A stretch of 63,014 nt of DNA from Octopus bimaculoides (GCF_001194135.2 NC_068985.1:23140130-23203143), one strand, 5' to 3'; numbered from the stretch's first letter, positions 25,480-37,724 are shown. Translations and numbers: made by a program. The notes: generated from the sequence alone by a model not told the origin.

Positions 25480-25650
25480 ATGCAAGTTTGTCATGGGGCT
25501 ACCCATATACAGCTGAGTGAACTGTAAAATGAAGTGGGATGTGAAATGAAGTGTTTTGCTCAAGAGCACAATGCTCTGCCAATCTGGGAATCAAAACCAC
25601 AATTTTGCAATTGTGGGTACAACACCCTAAACACTAGGCCACCTACCTTC
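25480..25650 (-). mobile_element. tRNA-headed SINE family D
   Basis: Reverse complement reads ggtggcctagtgtttagggtgttg...gattccc...ctcttgagcaaaacactt. Relatives at 38935-39240, 43365-43610 and 43975-44155. Confidence 0.65.
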
Positions 25651-27149
25651 ACATGTTCACATATATCTATCTATAAGTATACACACATATTTATACATAT
25701 ATCAAAAACAAAATGAAATGTCTACATGTGAACTCCTAAAACTGAAACTGCCTCCAAGTGTAAACTGGACGGAAGATTATAAAATATGAAAATTATTTTC
25801 CATTTTTTTCTTTAAAACTTTAAAAATTTCAAATGTGACGATGCTAATGTTAATATAAAACTGATTGTCCTCTTTAACCTATTGTAGAGGTTTTTGAAAA
25901 AATCCACCAAATATTCTCATACACTGTAAAGTCTAATAAATATAAAGATAGAAAAAATCATGAATGAAGAATGGAATTTTAATTATTTAAAAAAGAAATG
26001 AAATTGCATGTATATAAAATAGCTAAAGTCTGAGAATCCAGGGAGTTGAAGGGGGAAAAAAATCTTTATAAGAAAATATTCAATCTCACAATCAACTTAT
26101 TAGAAAATGTGAGATGTTGAAGTCAAACATTACTCTAGCTTATTTTACCAATATATAGCTGATAAAAAAAAATGATAGTAAGCAATCAACCAAGCTCTAA
26201 ATAAAAAGACAAAACCAAATTTATCCCCTGGTTATATTATTGATAATCACAGTAGAAACATTGAAGATCCAGAGAAAAATGCATAACTTTTTATTAGATA
26301 TTTCTCATACATATAATTTCAGAATTTTTCATCAAATGGTTATAAGGAATTTTTAGACAAAGTAATTCATTTTCCTTCACTACTGCAACATTAAACTTTT
26401 TATGACTATTTCTGTGGAGGAAACTTCAAAATTAATAAGGATTTGAAACTGAAGTAGAGTTCTAGTTTCGACTACATCTCCTCTTGTCTTTTCTAGTCCT
26501 TGAAAGCTATACCAGCTGAATCCCTCACTCAGACTGTGTGATGACCCTTCCAACCTATGCCAGCAAGGAAAGCAAATATAAAAATGATGACAACTATGAT
26601 GATGCTATACACACACACGCACACACACATGCACATACACACACACAACCAGGTTCTTATTTGGAGTTATTGCTTTTCTCAATGGATCAGACAACCACAT
26701 TTTGTTTATGTGCTTAATTTTGGACTTAGTTTCTACAGCTGAATGCTTCTCCTATCACCAACCACTTTTCAGAGTTTACAGAGAGCATTTTATCAAAATA
26801 CAAACAATAGAAAGATTGCCATGCCCTCAGTACAACAAAACTAATAGACCCTCGCCATCCTACAAAGTCTCCACTTATTCACCAACTACTTTACAGAATG
26901 TACTGAATGTATCTATCAAGGTACTAGGTACTCTGGGTTTTGGTATTCTAAGGCTATGTATGTCAATTCTGTATTCCAATAACCAGAGTACTTAGTTGTT
27001 AGAAATGATCTAGCATACCCCTTAATTTTTGTCCTTTCCTCATAGTGTGCTGGTAATTCCATTCCAACAATAAATATAGGCATTTTTTCAGCTGTTGTTG
27101 TCCCATCAGACAATATTTTGAAGAGCAGTTTATAAATTTTACTGGGAGG

Positions 27150-27330
27150 TAAATAATAGGATGGTTGTTAGATTGTTAACAGTCACTGATGCCATTATTG
27201 CTTTCCAAATTAGAAATCATTTTGTTCCAGGAAATTGATTAAGGATCTCAAATAAATTTGGATGATAGTTGCTAGGTTTATATTTTTGTTTTCAATTACT
27301 GAGGTTGGTCAGAACCAGTTTGACATAATA
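27150..27330 (-). mobile_element. Possible CR1/L2-type RT remnant
   Basis: Weak LINFLEQNDF...KQ similarity only; heavily decayed. Confidence 0.25.
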
Positions 27331-27970
27331 ATACATTAAGGATAGTGTTTCAATCTGTATCTTTGTCACAGACTTCTGACCAAATATTAATTTTGTTTTA
27401 TTTACTTATTTTTAAAGAACTGGCTCATTGAACAACTAAAATATCGATCATTAACTCATGTCAGCTGAATTATCTAAAATAACAAATTGCTGTCTTAAAA
27501 TGGAAGGGCACATTGGAGAATGTAGTCCTAGATATAGAAAAGGATTAGCTAATCATAGCTGGAATAGTTTTGAACATAAATCTGCTTGATCAAGGTTGAT
27601 CTGGAGATAACAAACAACAACAGTAACAACAACAAACCCAACCACCTTTGATTATATATCCATAAAAAAACAGGATGGACATGGTGTTATCTTTGATCAT
27701 ACATCAGCTTGACCAGGGTTCACCTGGCCCAAACAACATGATCAATAGTAACAGCAGTAGAAGCAGTAGGGGCAGCAGTGGTTGCAGCATTTCTTTCTGT
27801 TTTGCCTGTCAGCAGATGTTAGAGAGCCCAACCATATTTGATATAATTACAACTGACAAAATAGGGTAATGAGCCAGAACTGTGAGCTTGTTTATGTGTA
27901 TGTTATGACATGAATGTTCAAGAATGAATAGCTGAAAGAAAGTGTGATATAGAATATGAGTAAAAGAGAA

Positions 27971-28029
<59 letters not shown>

Positions 28030-29764
28030 AAGAGAGAGATTAAATTTTTCTTTAAGGGTAAATGCAGTCATTAATTTTCTAGAAAAAGAAATAGAACATT
28101 CTTGTTAGCACCAAGGGACAATCATCATATCAGATTGGTTTATGAAGTTTAAGTGCAGTCATAACTGCATTTTTTAAATTTTATGAACCCTTATAATAAA
28201 CATGCATCAGATTCTATTGTACAGTCTTTGTCTCTATTTCTTCCTTTCTAATTTTGGATAATCCTAATGTAAAAATTCGGTTTTGGTGAGCTTAGCAATT
28301 ACAATCAGTTTAACTAGTTGGTTGCAGCATCCTACTTGTAATGTAAGCATTGGTTGTGTTCACTTTTCAATCAATTCCTAACAATTAGTTTATTTTATGC
28401 AACTTTCTTTGAGAATTCTATTTTCTGTTTAATAACCCACTTTCTCTCTCATGAAAACACATTTCACACACATAACAACTGTGGTAAAGAAAATAATAAC
28501 TATTATTATAAATCTTAAGACATAAATTTACTAGCAATTAGGGGAAACCTTATAGGGAATTTCAGAATAGGAAGATAATCACCTACTGAATAGACTTGTG
28601 GATTGACAATGATATAGAGAAATTCTAAAATGCATAAGATGCTAAAAGGGAGCCATTCAAAAAGACTGTTATGCATTTCCTATTCTACCAACCATTTTCT
28701 TTTGAAACTAAAATCCATATATGATTAATTTTTGCATTCTGCAAAATCTTCATTCTTTCTATTTATTGATTTAATGCAATATCTTTTATTACACCAACTT
28801 CCAACTATGTGTTGTTAACAACCACATAAGTTAAATATAACTCTCTCGGTCATGCTGAATTTAATCTTGTTATGAAGGGAAAACTCCAGGCTTAACAAGA
28901 AAATAATGGTGAACATAATTTCAAATATATGTTTATCACATTTCAAATAACAAATTAAAGCTACAGGAAAACAGGCAAATTTCTGTATAAATAAATAATG
29001 CATAGATAAACTTATACATTCTCTGGAAAGTTCAATAATCAATGTGAAAAAAATTATTGTTCAATTAGAAAACAGTTTATTGAATAGTATCAGTAGTAGT
29101 TGTTATTTTCTTTTTTCCTGACAACTGCCTACCTCCTCTTTCTCTCTCTTTCTCTCACTCATTCTCTTCTTTTTTTAGGTCACATATTCTGGATGTAGTT
29201 TGCTCTGTTGTCATAGCATCATATGGGAAGATATACAGAAATGATTTACATCACCAAGTCAAGAATCTTCTTCATGTGCTCTGAATTGTACTGTTTCCTT
29301 AAAACTGACTTAACAAAATTAATTTTTTGTTGCTGTTGCAATAATTTAGTCAGAAGAGGAGATGATGCAGACCCCACCCCACCCCCATCCCACTCTAACT
29401 GGTGAAATTGTTGTGGCTGATGTTCAGTTTTAACATCTTTAGGTCAATATCTGTAGGAAAGTGTGGATAGGTTGCTGTTTGGGAGAGTTTAATTCAGGAT
29501 CAGAAATTTGATACACATTTTGGTGTAGATATGCAACAGAAGATGGTCAGCTTTGCTGACCATTAGCACTCAGTTTTAACAACATCAACAGCAATCTTAC
29601 AATAGCGTTTTTTTGTTAATAATAAATATTTTACAGTTAGTTCATAGGTTAACCACTTTGAACACAAGAAGCAGAGCACTCAGAGCTGAGTGTTTGTACA
29701 ACATCTTATAGCTTCCGTGGAGCCATTAAGATGATGGCTTCAAGGAAAATATTATATGTGAGTG

Positions 29765-29799
29765 CATTTGGTAGATAGAAACTGTGTAGAAACCTGTTG

Positions 29800-29836
<37 letters not shown>

Positions 29837-30050
29837 ATGTGCACACTATTGTGTCACACATTACTTGACAACTGGTGCTGGTTTGTTTGCCTCCTCATTA
29901 CAAAGTGGTTTGTCAAAAGTAACTGATAAAATGAGTACCAGATTTGAAGAACATGTACCAGGGTCAATTTGTTTGACTACAAAACTCTTCAAGGCAGTAC
30001 CCCAGCATGGTTGCAGTCCAGTGACTGAAACAAGTAAAAGACAAAGAATA
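29765..30050 (+). mobile_element. Family B SINE ending ~27 nt from the NAA60 exon-1 donor
   Basis: gtagatagaaactg...(GT)n...cttgacaactggtgctgg...cagtgactgaaacaagtaaaag. Confidence 0.75.
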
Positions 30051-30077
30051 AAAAGAAGAAACAATAATGTTACTTAC

Positions 30078-30187
30078 TCAATGGGGAACCATTCTGTACA
30101 CAACCGCTTTACTTCCTCAATGTCATCTGGACATAGGAATCTTAACTGTACTTCCCGCTGAACTCCAAAAGACACTGCCTGGTTCAT
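30078..30187 (-). CDS. NAA60: NAA60 first coding exon (MNQAVSFGVQREVQLRFLCPDDIEEVKRLCTEWFPIE), 110 nt
   Basis: Manual translation resembles the human NAA60 N-terminus (LRLLCHDDIDTVKHLCGDWFPIE). ATG at 30187-30185 with an in-frame TGA upstream. Donor GA|GTAAGT at 30077, phase 2. Confidence 0.95.
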
Positions 30188-30227
30188 GAAGCAGTCAAAA
30201 CAGCTTCATTCTGGTCATCAGTGTAAC
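30188..30227 (-). other. NAA60: Probable 5' UTR part of the NAA60 start-codon exon, containing a 7-codon uORF
   Basis: Candidate acceptor tttttggtgttcaccag|GTTAC at 30228. This boundary is inferred from splice signals only. Confidence 0.55.
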
Positions 30228-30345
30228 CTGGTGAACACCAAAAATGGTGTAACTATATTATTGTTGGTCACAAGCAAGTCCCAGCTGGCCAACAATATTT
30301 TTAATTTTACAGGCATAATCTCATTAACTTTACTATTGCTGAACT

Positions 30346-30379
<34 letters not shown>

Positions 30380-30577
30380 CTGCTTTGCTTTGTTCTTTGT
30401 TTTTTACTTCAGGAGTGTCTGATGGCTGGAAGAGAAGAAAAAAACAAAATTAAGACTTACTTAATGAAAAATAATTACAAAGTTTAAAGCATTATTTTGT
30501 TTCATACTGAAATTGAGTTGGCATCTTTCTATTTTTTCTTTAACACAAGGAAATGTTATGAATATGTATTAGGTGCA

Positions 30578-30730
30578 GATATGGCTGTGTGGTTAAGAAG
30601 CTCACTTTGTAACCACATGGTACCAGGTTCAGTCCCACCGTGCAAAACCTTGAACAAGTGTCATCTACTATGGCCCTGGGTCATGCTTTGTAAGTGGGTT
30701 TGGTAAACAGAAACTGAAAAAACCCATCAT
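30578..30730 (+). mobile_element. Family B SINE 5' half
   Basis: atggctgtgtggttaagaagc...ggttcagtccc...ccttgaacaagtgtc...gaaactgaaa. Confidence 0.75.
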
Positions 30731-30744
30731 GTATGAGATCATCA

Positions 30745-31597
30745 TTATCATCATCATCATTGTCATTGTTTAACATCTGTTTTCCATGCTGGCATGGGTT
30801 GGATGGTTTGACTGAGGACTGGCAAGCCAGGAGGCTACACCAGGCTCTAACCTGATCTGGCAAGGTTTCTACAGCTGGATGCCCTTCCTAATGCCAGCCA
30901 CTCTGAGAGTGTAGTGGGTGCTTTTTACATGCCACCAGCATGAGGGCCAGTTAGGCAGCACTGGCATCGACCACACTCGAGTGGTGCTTTTAATGTGCCA
31001 CCAGCACGGGAGCCAATCACACAGCACTGGCATTGACCATACCTGAATGGTGCTTTTTATGTGCCTCCGGCACAGGAGCCAGTCAGGCGGCACTGGCATC
31101 GGCCATGACTACAATTTCACTTGACTCAACAGGTCTTCTCAAGCACAGCATATTGCCCGACGATTGAAGGGTACTTTTAAACAGGCCAGTTATGTGACAC
31201 TGGCATCGGCCAGTTCAATGGTCGTGCTTCACCACCTCATCCCATGTCTTCCTGGGTCTACCTCTTCCACAGGTTCTCTCCACTGTTAGGGTGTGATACT
31301 TCTTCAAACAGCTGTCCTCATCCATATGCAATACATGACCATAACAGTGCAGTCGTCTCTCTTGTACACCACATCTAATGCTTCTTGTGTCCAACTTTTC
31401 TCTCAGGGCACTTAGACTCTGTCATGTATGCACACTGACATTACACACCCAGTAAAGCATACTAGCTTTATTCCTTTCAAGCCCACGCATGTCCTCAACA
31501 GTCACAGCTCATGTTTCACTGACGTGCAGCATGGCTGTTCACACACATGCATTATACAGTCTACCTTTCACTCTGAGCGAGGGGCCTTTGTTACCAG
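30745..31597 (-). mobile_element. 5'-truncated RTE LINE: RT C-terminus, 3' UTR tandem units and (GAT)n tail
   Basis: LVTKGPSLRVKGRLYNACVRTAMLHVSETWAV...RSIRCGVQERRLHCYGHVLHMDEDSCLKK...CGRGRPRKTWDEVVKHD runs into three 66-bp units and the common tail. Confidence 0.9.
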
Positions 31598-31700
31598 CAG
31601 ATATATATATATATATATATATATATAACATTATCAATGTATCATATATCCCAAAAAGCACACTCTAAAGCATAGAGCATTAATGTATTTATATGTTGTT

Positions 31701-31884
31701 AAGCCTATGTCTGGTCATAGAGTGACCAACGGTTTCACATCCACAAGGAGCTTAGCTCCTTGGACATCTAGTCAGACTCTATAGCTGAAAACAAAATTAG
31801 CTTTAGTTTCTGACGAGACATCCATGGGGTTAAGCCCGTTGTGGATGTGAAACCATTGGTCACACCATAACCAGACATAGACTT
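31701..31884. mobile_element. 184-bp hairpin element (MITE-like)
   Basis: Arms 31701-31776 and 31809-31884 are imperfect reverse complements. TTAA/TTTA at the edges. Confidence 0.7.
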
Positions 31885-32469
31885 TACTTATATGTATACA
31901 CACACACACACACACACATATATATGCATGTATGTCTTAGTGTTTATGTTGTGTTTGTCCCCTATCCCCCATCACTTGAAAACTGGTGTTGGTCAATTTA
32001 CATCCCAATAATATAGTGGTTCAGCAAAAGAAACAGATAGAATAAGTATCAGACTTCAAAAGAAGTACTGGGGAGTCAATTTGTTTGACTAAAACCTTGT
32101 CAAATGAATTGACCCCAACATGGCTACAGTCCAATAAGCTGAAACAAGTAAAAGATAAATGCTCAGTAGCTTTACTTAACATAGCATTTTAACATTCTTT
32201 CTTTTTTTCCACTACTTTCTGTTACTAAACTGTGTCATATTGGGTCTTTGCCAAGAAAGGTTTTTTGTTTTGTTTTGTCTTACCTATTTTAGAGTGATAC
32301 ATCTCTATATTAACATAAACACCTTTAAGATATTTACATTCATTTCCATCATTACACACAATCAAAGTTATACAAATATATAGACAAGTGTATGTGCATG
32401 CACACACATCCATAACCTGGTAGATTAGTGTTTCAATTCACTTCAAGCCTAAATGCATTTCATTATTAA

Positions 32470-32687
32470 TCCTTTTGAGATATTTCTGTTGAGATACTCT
32501 GTGTTTCTTTCAATTAATTTTGAATATAACAAAGAATTTAGTAAAATAACTTAGTTATCATTAAGCTAGTGTTAGGAACAAAAATTGTGACTAAGGTTTG
32601 GTGGAAGATTTTAATTCAGAAGTTTGAAAACAAGACATTTGTACTACAGACGCAGTGGTGGTTTCAGGCAAGTTGGTATCAAAAGGG
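32470..32687. mobile_element. piggyBac-like MITE, second copy
   Basis: Long identity to 11530-11751 (tatcattaagctagtgttagg...tttggtggaagattttaattcaga). Confidence 0.8.
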
Positions 32688-33986
32688 TCAAACTTAGGCC
32701 TATAATGTAGCATTTAATCATGGATGACAAAAGTCAGTCTGAAAGCAAAGATAGCTTGTTGCAAGCAACAAATCCTGCTATTTCCATGAGGTGTCAAACA
32801 GGGAAAGAATCAGGGTTATACAAGAAGTCTGCACCTGAAATTCATATGTGTGTACTGTCTGCGCTGAATGAGAAGATCGGGTGGAAGCCCATTGATACTA
32901 CATGTGGAGTTTAGAAATATACAACATATAATTGTCAAAATTGTGCATCTCATTTGCATCATGCAGGGATCCATAGAAAGGTCAAGAAGATAGAACATAA
33001 ACATATTGAGTTTCTACTTGCTGAGTGATTTAATGAATGCTCACAATTATTATTGAAAAAACTTTGTGAACATATACGTTCAAAATACGAGTTGTCTATC
33101 TCAATAAACCATAGCAAGTCATCTTTATGGAAGAATAATTTCACTGATGCAAGTGTGTTAACAGTTGCAGTAACTGTGTTTTGTATTTTCAAAACAGAAA
33201 ACTCTGTTAATTTCTTGAAAGAATTTCTTTTCATATTTGTTCAATAACTATCATAAAATAAAATTAAACTATAATTACTTGTGTGTAAGATAAAGACAGG
33301 GAATATGATTTGTTGGAATCATTTAATTTAAAAAAAAAAAAAGATTCAATTTTCTATCACTTTGTTTCAAAACTAATCTTTGCTTTGAAATTATTTTAAT
33401 CTGCATCGACTTTATTTTAACTTCCATCAACTTAAATTTACATTCAGACTGTTCTCATTTGTGGCCAGTGGTTGAAAGAATAACTTTATTTATTTCAGGT
33501 CTGTGATAAAGAGTCTCACCACCCTCGATGATATGATGACTTATCAGTATATATAGCTAAATCTAGCTCAGCTCTTGGCTTGCTCTCACGTGGTTATATT
33601 CATAAACTGTTGCTGAATATCAAGAGAGAGAGAGAGACAAAGCAAAATGAATTTCAAACAACGTTTGACATTGATTTGACAAATATGGATCATGAAACAG
33701 CAATGTAAGCATAACCTTATAACCAGCTGTGATCTTTCTTCACATGATAAGTATAGAAAGGAAAATATTCTGTCACATAATGCAATGTTGCTTTTCAAAT
33801 TATTAAGCAATAAACATAAAGCACACAGAAATATCACAGCTGCTAACAAAGACACTACAAACTAGCAACAATTTATATCCTGAAATATAGAAGTAAATAA
33901 CTAAATAAATATTCTTATCTACACACACAAACACACACATACACGTGTGTGTGTGTTTATGTTATATACATAATTGTGTGTGTGTG

Positions 33987-34026
<40 letters not shown>

Positions 34027-34197
34027 CATTTAACGTCTGCTTTCCATGCTAGCATGGGTGAGATGGTTTAACAAGAGTGGCCAGGCAGAAGCCTGCACCA
34101 GACTTCTGTGACTGTTTTCACATGATTTTTACAGCTGGATGCCCTTCCTCACACCAACCACTAAGCAGCATGGACTTAGTGGTTTTTACATACATAC

Positions 34198-34234
<37 letters not shown>

Positions 34235-34559
34235 TATATACACACATACACATATATACTGTACATATGAAAAATGCATATCTATCTGTGTCTGTCTATC
34301 TTTCTAACTAGCTAGTTATTTATACATATACATATATATATAGATCAGAGACAGAAAGAAAATTGTCATATGAAAACTGCTAGAAGTAGAAAACTTCCTA
34401 AAGTAATATCCTAATAGAGCTGGGTGAAATGGGAGAAGTAAGAGTGAGGTACTTGTTTAAAAAGTCACCTGAGGAGATGCAGTTTGCACCTGTCATGCAA
34501 GACAATTGATTGTACAGCATTTCCCCTATGAGATACAGATGCAGAATGAGTCAAAACAA

Positions 34560-34945
34560 TTACTCTTTTACTTGTTTCAGTCATTTGACTGCGGCCATGC
34601 TAGAGCACCGCCTTTAGTCAAGCAAATCGACCCCAGGACTTATTCTTTGGAAGCCTAGTACTTATTCTATCTGTCTCTTTTGCCGAACCGCTAAGTTACA
34701 GGGACGTAAACACACCACCATCGGTTGTCACGTGATGTTGGGGGGACAAACACAAAAACAGAAACATATACACACACATACATATATATATATACATATA
34801 TACGACGGGCTTCTTTCAGTTTCCGTCTACCAAATCCACTCACNNNNNNNNNNTATACGACGGGCTTCTTTCAGTTTCCGTCTACCAAATCCACTCACAA
34901 GGCTTTGGTCGGCCTGAGGCTATAGTAGAAGACACTTGCCCAAGG
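34560..34945 (-). mobile_element. Family B SINE (young, CpG-rich) spanning a 10-N gap
   Basis: ttactcttttacttgtttcagtcatttgactgcggccatgc...tacgacgggcttctttcagtttccgtctacc. Confidence 0.85.
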
Positions 34946-35125
34946 TGCCAAGACACTTGCCCGATTTTAATAAAGAATCTCATGAATTCCATTTTCTGTC
35001 TCTGCTTTATTTATATAGCCTCCATGGACACCAAGGAACACCTGAAGTAAATCCAGAACCATATGCATGGTACTTTATAGGTACATGTTAACATCAGTCA
35101 AGCAGCACTGGCATTGGATATATAC

Positions 35126-35148
<23 letters not shown>

Positions 35149-35163
<15 letters not shown>

Positions 35164-35392
35164 TAAATTTCAGTATTTACCTAATATCGAGGTCTCATTC
35201 TTTTGTTGTCATTTGATTATTATTATCATTGAGTGAGAGAGCAGTGCATGCCATCAAAGTTACACTGGGGTAAAATATACACTTTGATGGCATGCACTGC
35301 TCTCTCACTCAATGATAATAATAATCAAATGACAACAAAAGAATGAGACCTCGATATTAGGTAAATAGAGAAATTTATATATGTATATATAT
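35149..35392. repeat. Near-perfect palindrome: 87-bp perfect arms (35174-35260 / 35281-35367) with a 20-nt loop
   Basis: Checked base by base. Pairing continues into the AT flanks after 2 mismatches. Confidence 0.92.
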
Positions 35393-35399
35393 AAATTTA

Positions 35400-35432
<33 letters not shown>

Positions 35433-35980
35433 CAAGGGTGAGTCAAAAAGTAATGCCATTTTGTTTAGGACAGATATAATTACCAACGCAGGAACATGTA
35501 TCATACATCAAAATGAAGCTGGTCCTCTGTGGATCACATCCCTACTTCTAAACATAGTCACTGTTTCTCTCAATAGCAATGTTCCACCTTCGAATGAGAG
35601 CATGTATCCCTGCCCCGTAAAATTCTGTTGACTGTTCTTTGAGCCACTTCTTCACTACAGTTTTCACTTCCTCATCACTGGAATAATGTTTGCCTCTCAA
35701 GCCCTCTTTTATGGGGCCAAAGAGATGATAGTCCAGTGACAAGGAAGTGAAAATTGTAGTGAAGAAGTGGCTCAAAGAACAGTCAACAGAATTTTACAGG
35801 GCAGGGATACATGCTCTCATTCAAAGGTGAAACATTGTTATTTAGAGAAACGGTGACCATGTTGAAAAGTAGGGATGTGATCCACAGAAGACCAGCTTCA
35901 TTTTATGTTTGATACATGTTCCTGTGTTGGTAATTATACCTGTCCTAAACAAAGTGGTATTACTTTTTGACTCACCCTCG
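35433..35980. mobile_element. Foldback non-autonomous mariner made of two inverted 3' ends
   Basis: TA|c(a/g)agggtgagtcaaaaagtaat TIR at both ends. The left arm encodes DYHLFGPIKEGLRGKHYSSDEEVKTVVKKWLKEQSTEFYGAGIHALIRRWNIAIERNSDYV on the minus strand. The right arm carries the same region on the plus strand. Confidence 0.92.
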
Positions 35981-36199
35981 TATGTATATATATATATATA
36001 TATATATGCAAGTTGGTAGATAGCAAAGAGCAATGATACAGTGGCATGACCAAGTGGGAGGTAAGCCTAGTGCATGAAGTGGAAATGTGAGGAAGAGAAG
36101 AGAAGTAATTTAGTTTGTTGTGTGAGACACTTTCTTGTTAAGTGTGGGTGGGACACAGTACTTCTAGAACTCAGTTTCACTGACATGGGTGGGTCTCCT

Positions 36200-36604
36200 C
36201 AAGAATTTCATATCGCCAGACATCTCGGTCCATTGTCATTTCCTCCATGAGGCCCAACATCCTGAAATCGGTCCTTACCACTCCATTCTATGTCTTTCTG
36301 GGTCTCCCTCTTCTGCGGGTACTATCTACTTTCAGTGATCAGCACTTCTTTATGCAGCTGTCCTCATTCATACACATCACATGTCCAAACCAGTGGAGTC
36401 TTCTCTCTTGCATGCTACATTTGATTTTTCTCTCACTACATTTGCACTTTATTGTACATGTACACTGATGTTGCACATCCAACAGAGCATACTACCTTCA
36501 TTTCTCTCCATTCTATGCATGTCTTCTGCATTCAGAGCCATGTCTCACTACCATGGAGCACAGCCATTCACACACAAGCATTATACAGCCTGCCTTTCAC
36601 TCTC
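36200..36604 (-). mobile_element. RTE RT C-terminal fragment
   Basis: RVKGRLYNACV, LHGSETW, MQERRLHWFGHVMCMNEDSCIKKC, RGRPRKT. Confidence 0.85.
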
Positions 36605-36725
36605 TGTGTATATATATATATATAAGCAAAACATTCAAACACTGAGTATACGTATGTGTGTATATACATGTATATTGATGTGTGTGTGTGTACATACAGT
36701 GACACTGATATATGTGTATATCAGC

Positions 36726-36779
<54 letters not shown>

Positions 36780-37159
36780 TGAGACAAAAGGAAAGAGAAA
36801 CAAATTTCGTTGAAGTGCATCAAGATAAAGAAGGATGAGAAAGGGAAAAGAGATAAGGAGGACACCTGCTGGTTATTAGTACAACTGTGAGAATAATAAC
36901 AACACAAGTGATAAGAATAAGTAGTTGTTGAAGAGAACAGATTAGATGTGGTTCATAACAGTTGATTTACCTTAGAGAAACATCTTAGTGCAGAAGGAGA
37001 TGTTGAGGGGTAAGAAGAAAAAGGAAATTATAGAAAAAATAAACTATGAAAGAATCAAAGAATTTTTCCACCTTTTCTTCCAGCTTATTCATAAAAAAGA
37101 GCATTTATTTATTTCCTCGATTGCATACAATTTATTGATTTTTTTTCTTTCTTATTTGT

Positions 37160-37565
37160 AGGCATGGCTGTGTGATAAGAAGTTTGCTTCCCATCTACAT
37201 GGCTCCAGGTTCAGTCTCACTATGAGGCATCTTGGAAAAGTGTCTTCTATGATAGCCCCAGGCCAACCAAAGCCTTGTGAGTGGGTTTAGTAGACAGATA
37301 CTGAAAGAAGCTTGTTGTGTGTGTATATATGCATATATCTGTGTGTGTATATATGTATATATCTGTGTGTGTGAGTATGTGTGTGAGACAACTGGTGTTG
37401 GTTTGTTTATGTCCCCGTAACTTAGTGGTTTGGCAAAGGACCAGTAGAATAAGTACCCAGCTTTAAAAAAAACACTAAGTACTGGGATTGATTCCTTAAC
37501 TAAAACCCTTCGTGACAGTGCCCCAGTATGGCCACAGTCCAATGACTGAAACAAGAATAAGATAA
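37160..37565 (+). mobile_element. Family B SINE, full length
   Basis: Same head, microsatellite linker and 3' module as 19020-19380. Confidence 0.8.
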
Positions 37566-37724
37566 AAGACTAAAGATTCATCATCACAGCATTAGCTTAT
37601 GCTTCAATTACTTGCAACTGATTCATCTTCTAACACCATATTCTACACTAAACAAATAATGGTTATATTATTTCTTACTTGCAAAATGGGGATTTCAAAA
37701 GACTTCATTTTGTCTGATCATAAC

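Noticed and set aside
29100-29400. Strong plus-strand acceptor at 29178 as an exon of an antisense gene
   Set aside because: All three frames close within 35 codons and no clear donor follows. A non-coding exon cannot be excluded.
33499-33704. AG...GTAAGC-bounded plus-strand segment as a coding exon
   Set aside because: Stop codons in all three frames within 60 nt.
34790-34900. Tandem duplication around a 10-N gap
   Set aside because: Identical sequence on both sides of the gap indicates contig overlap.
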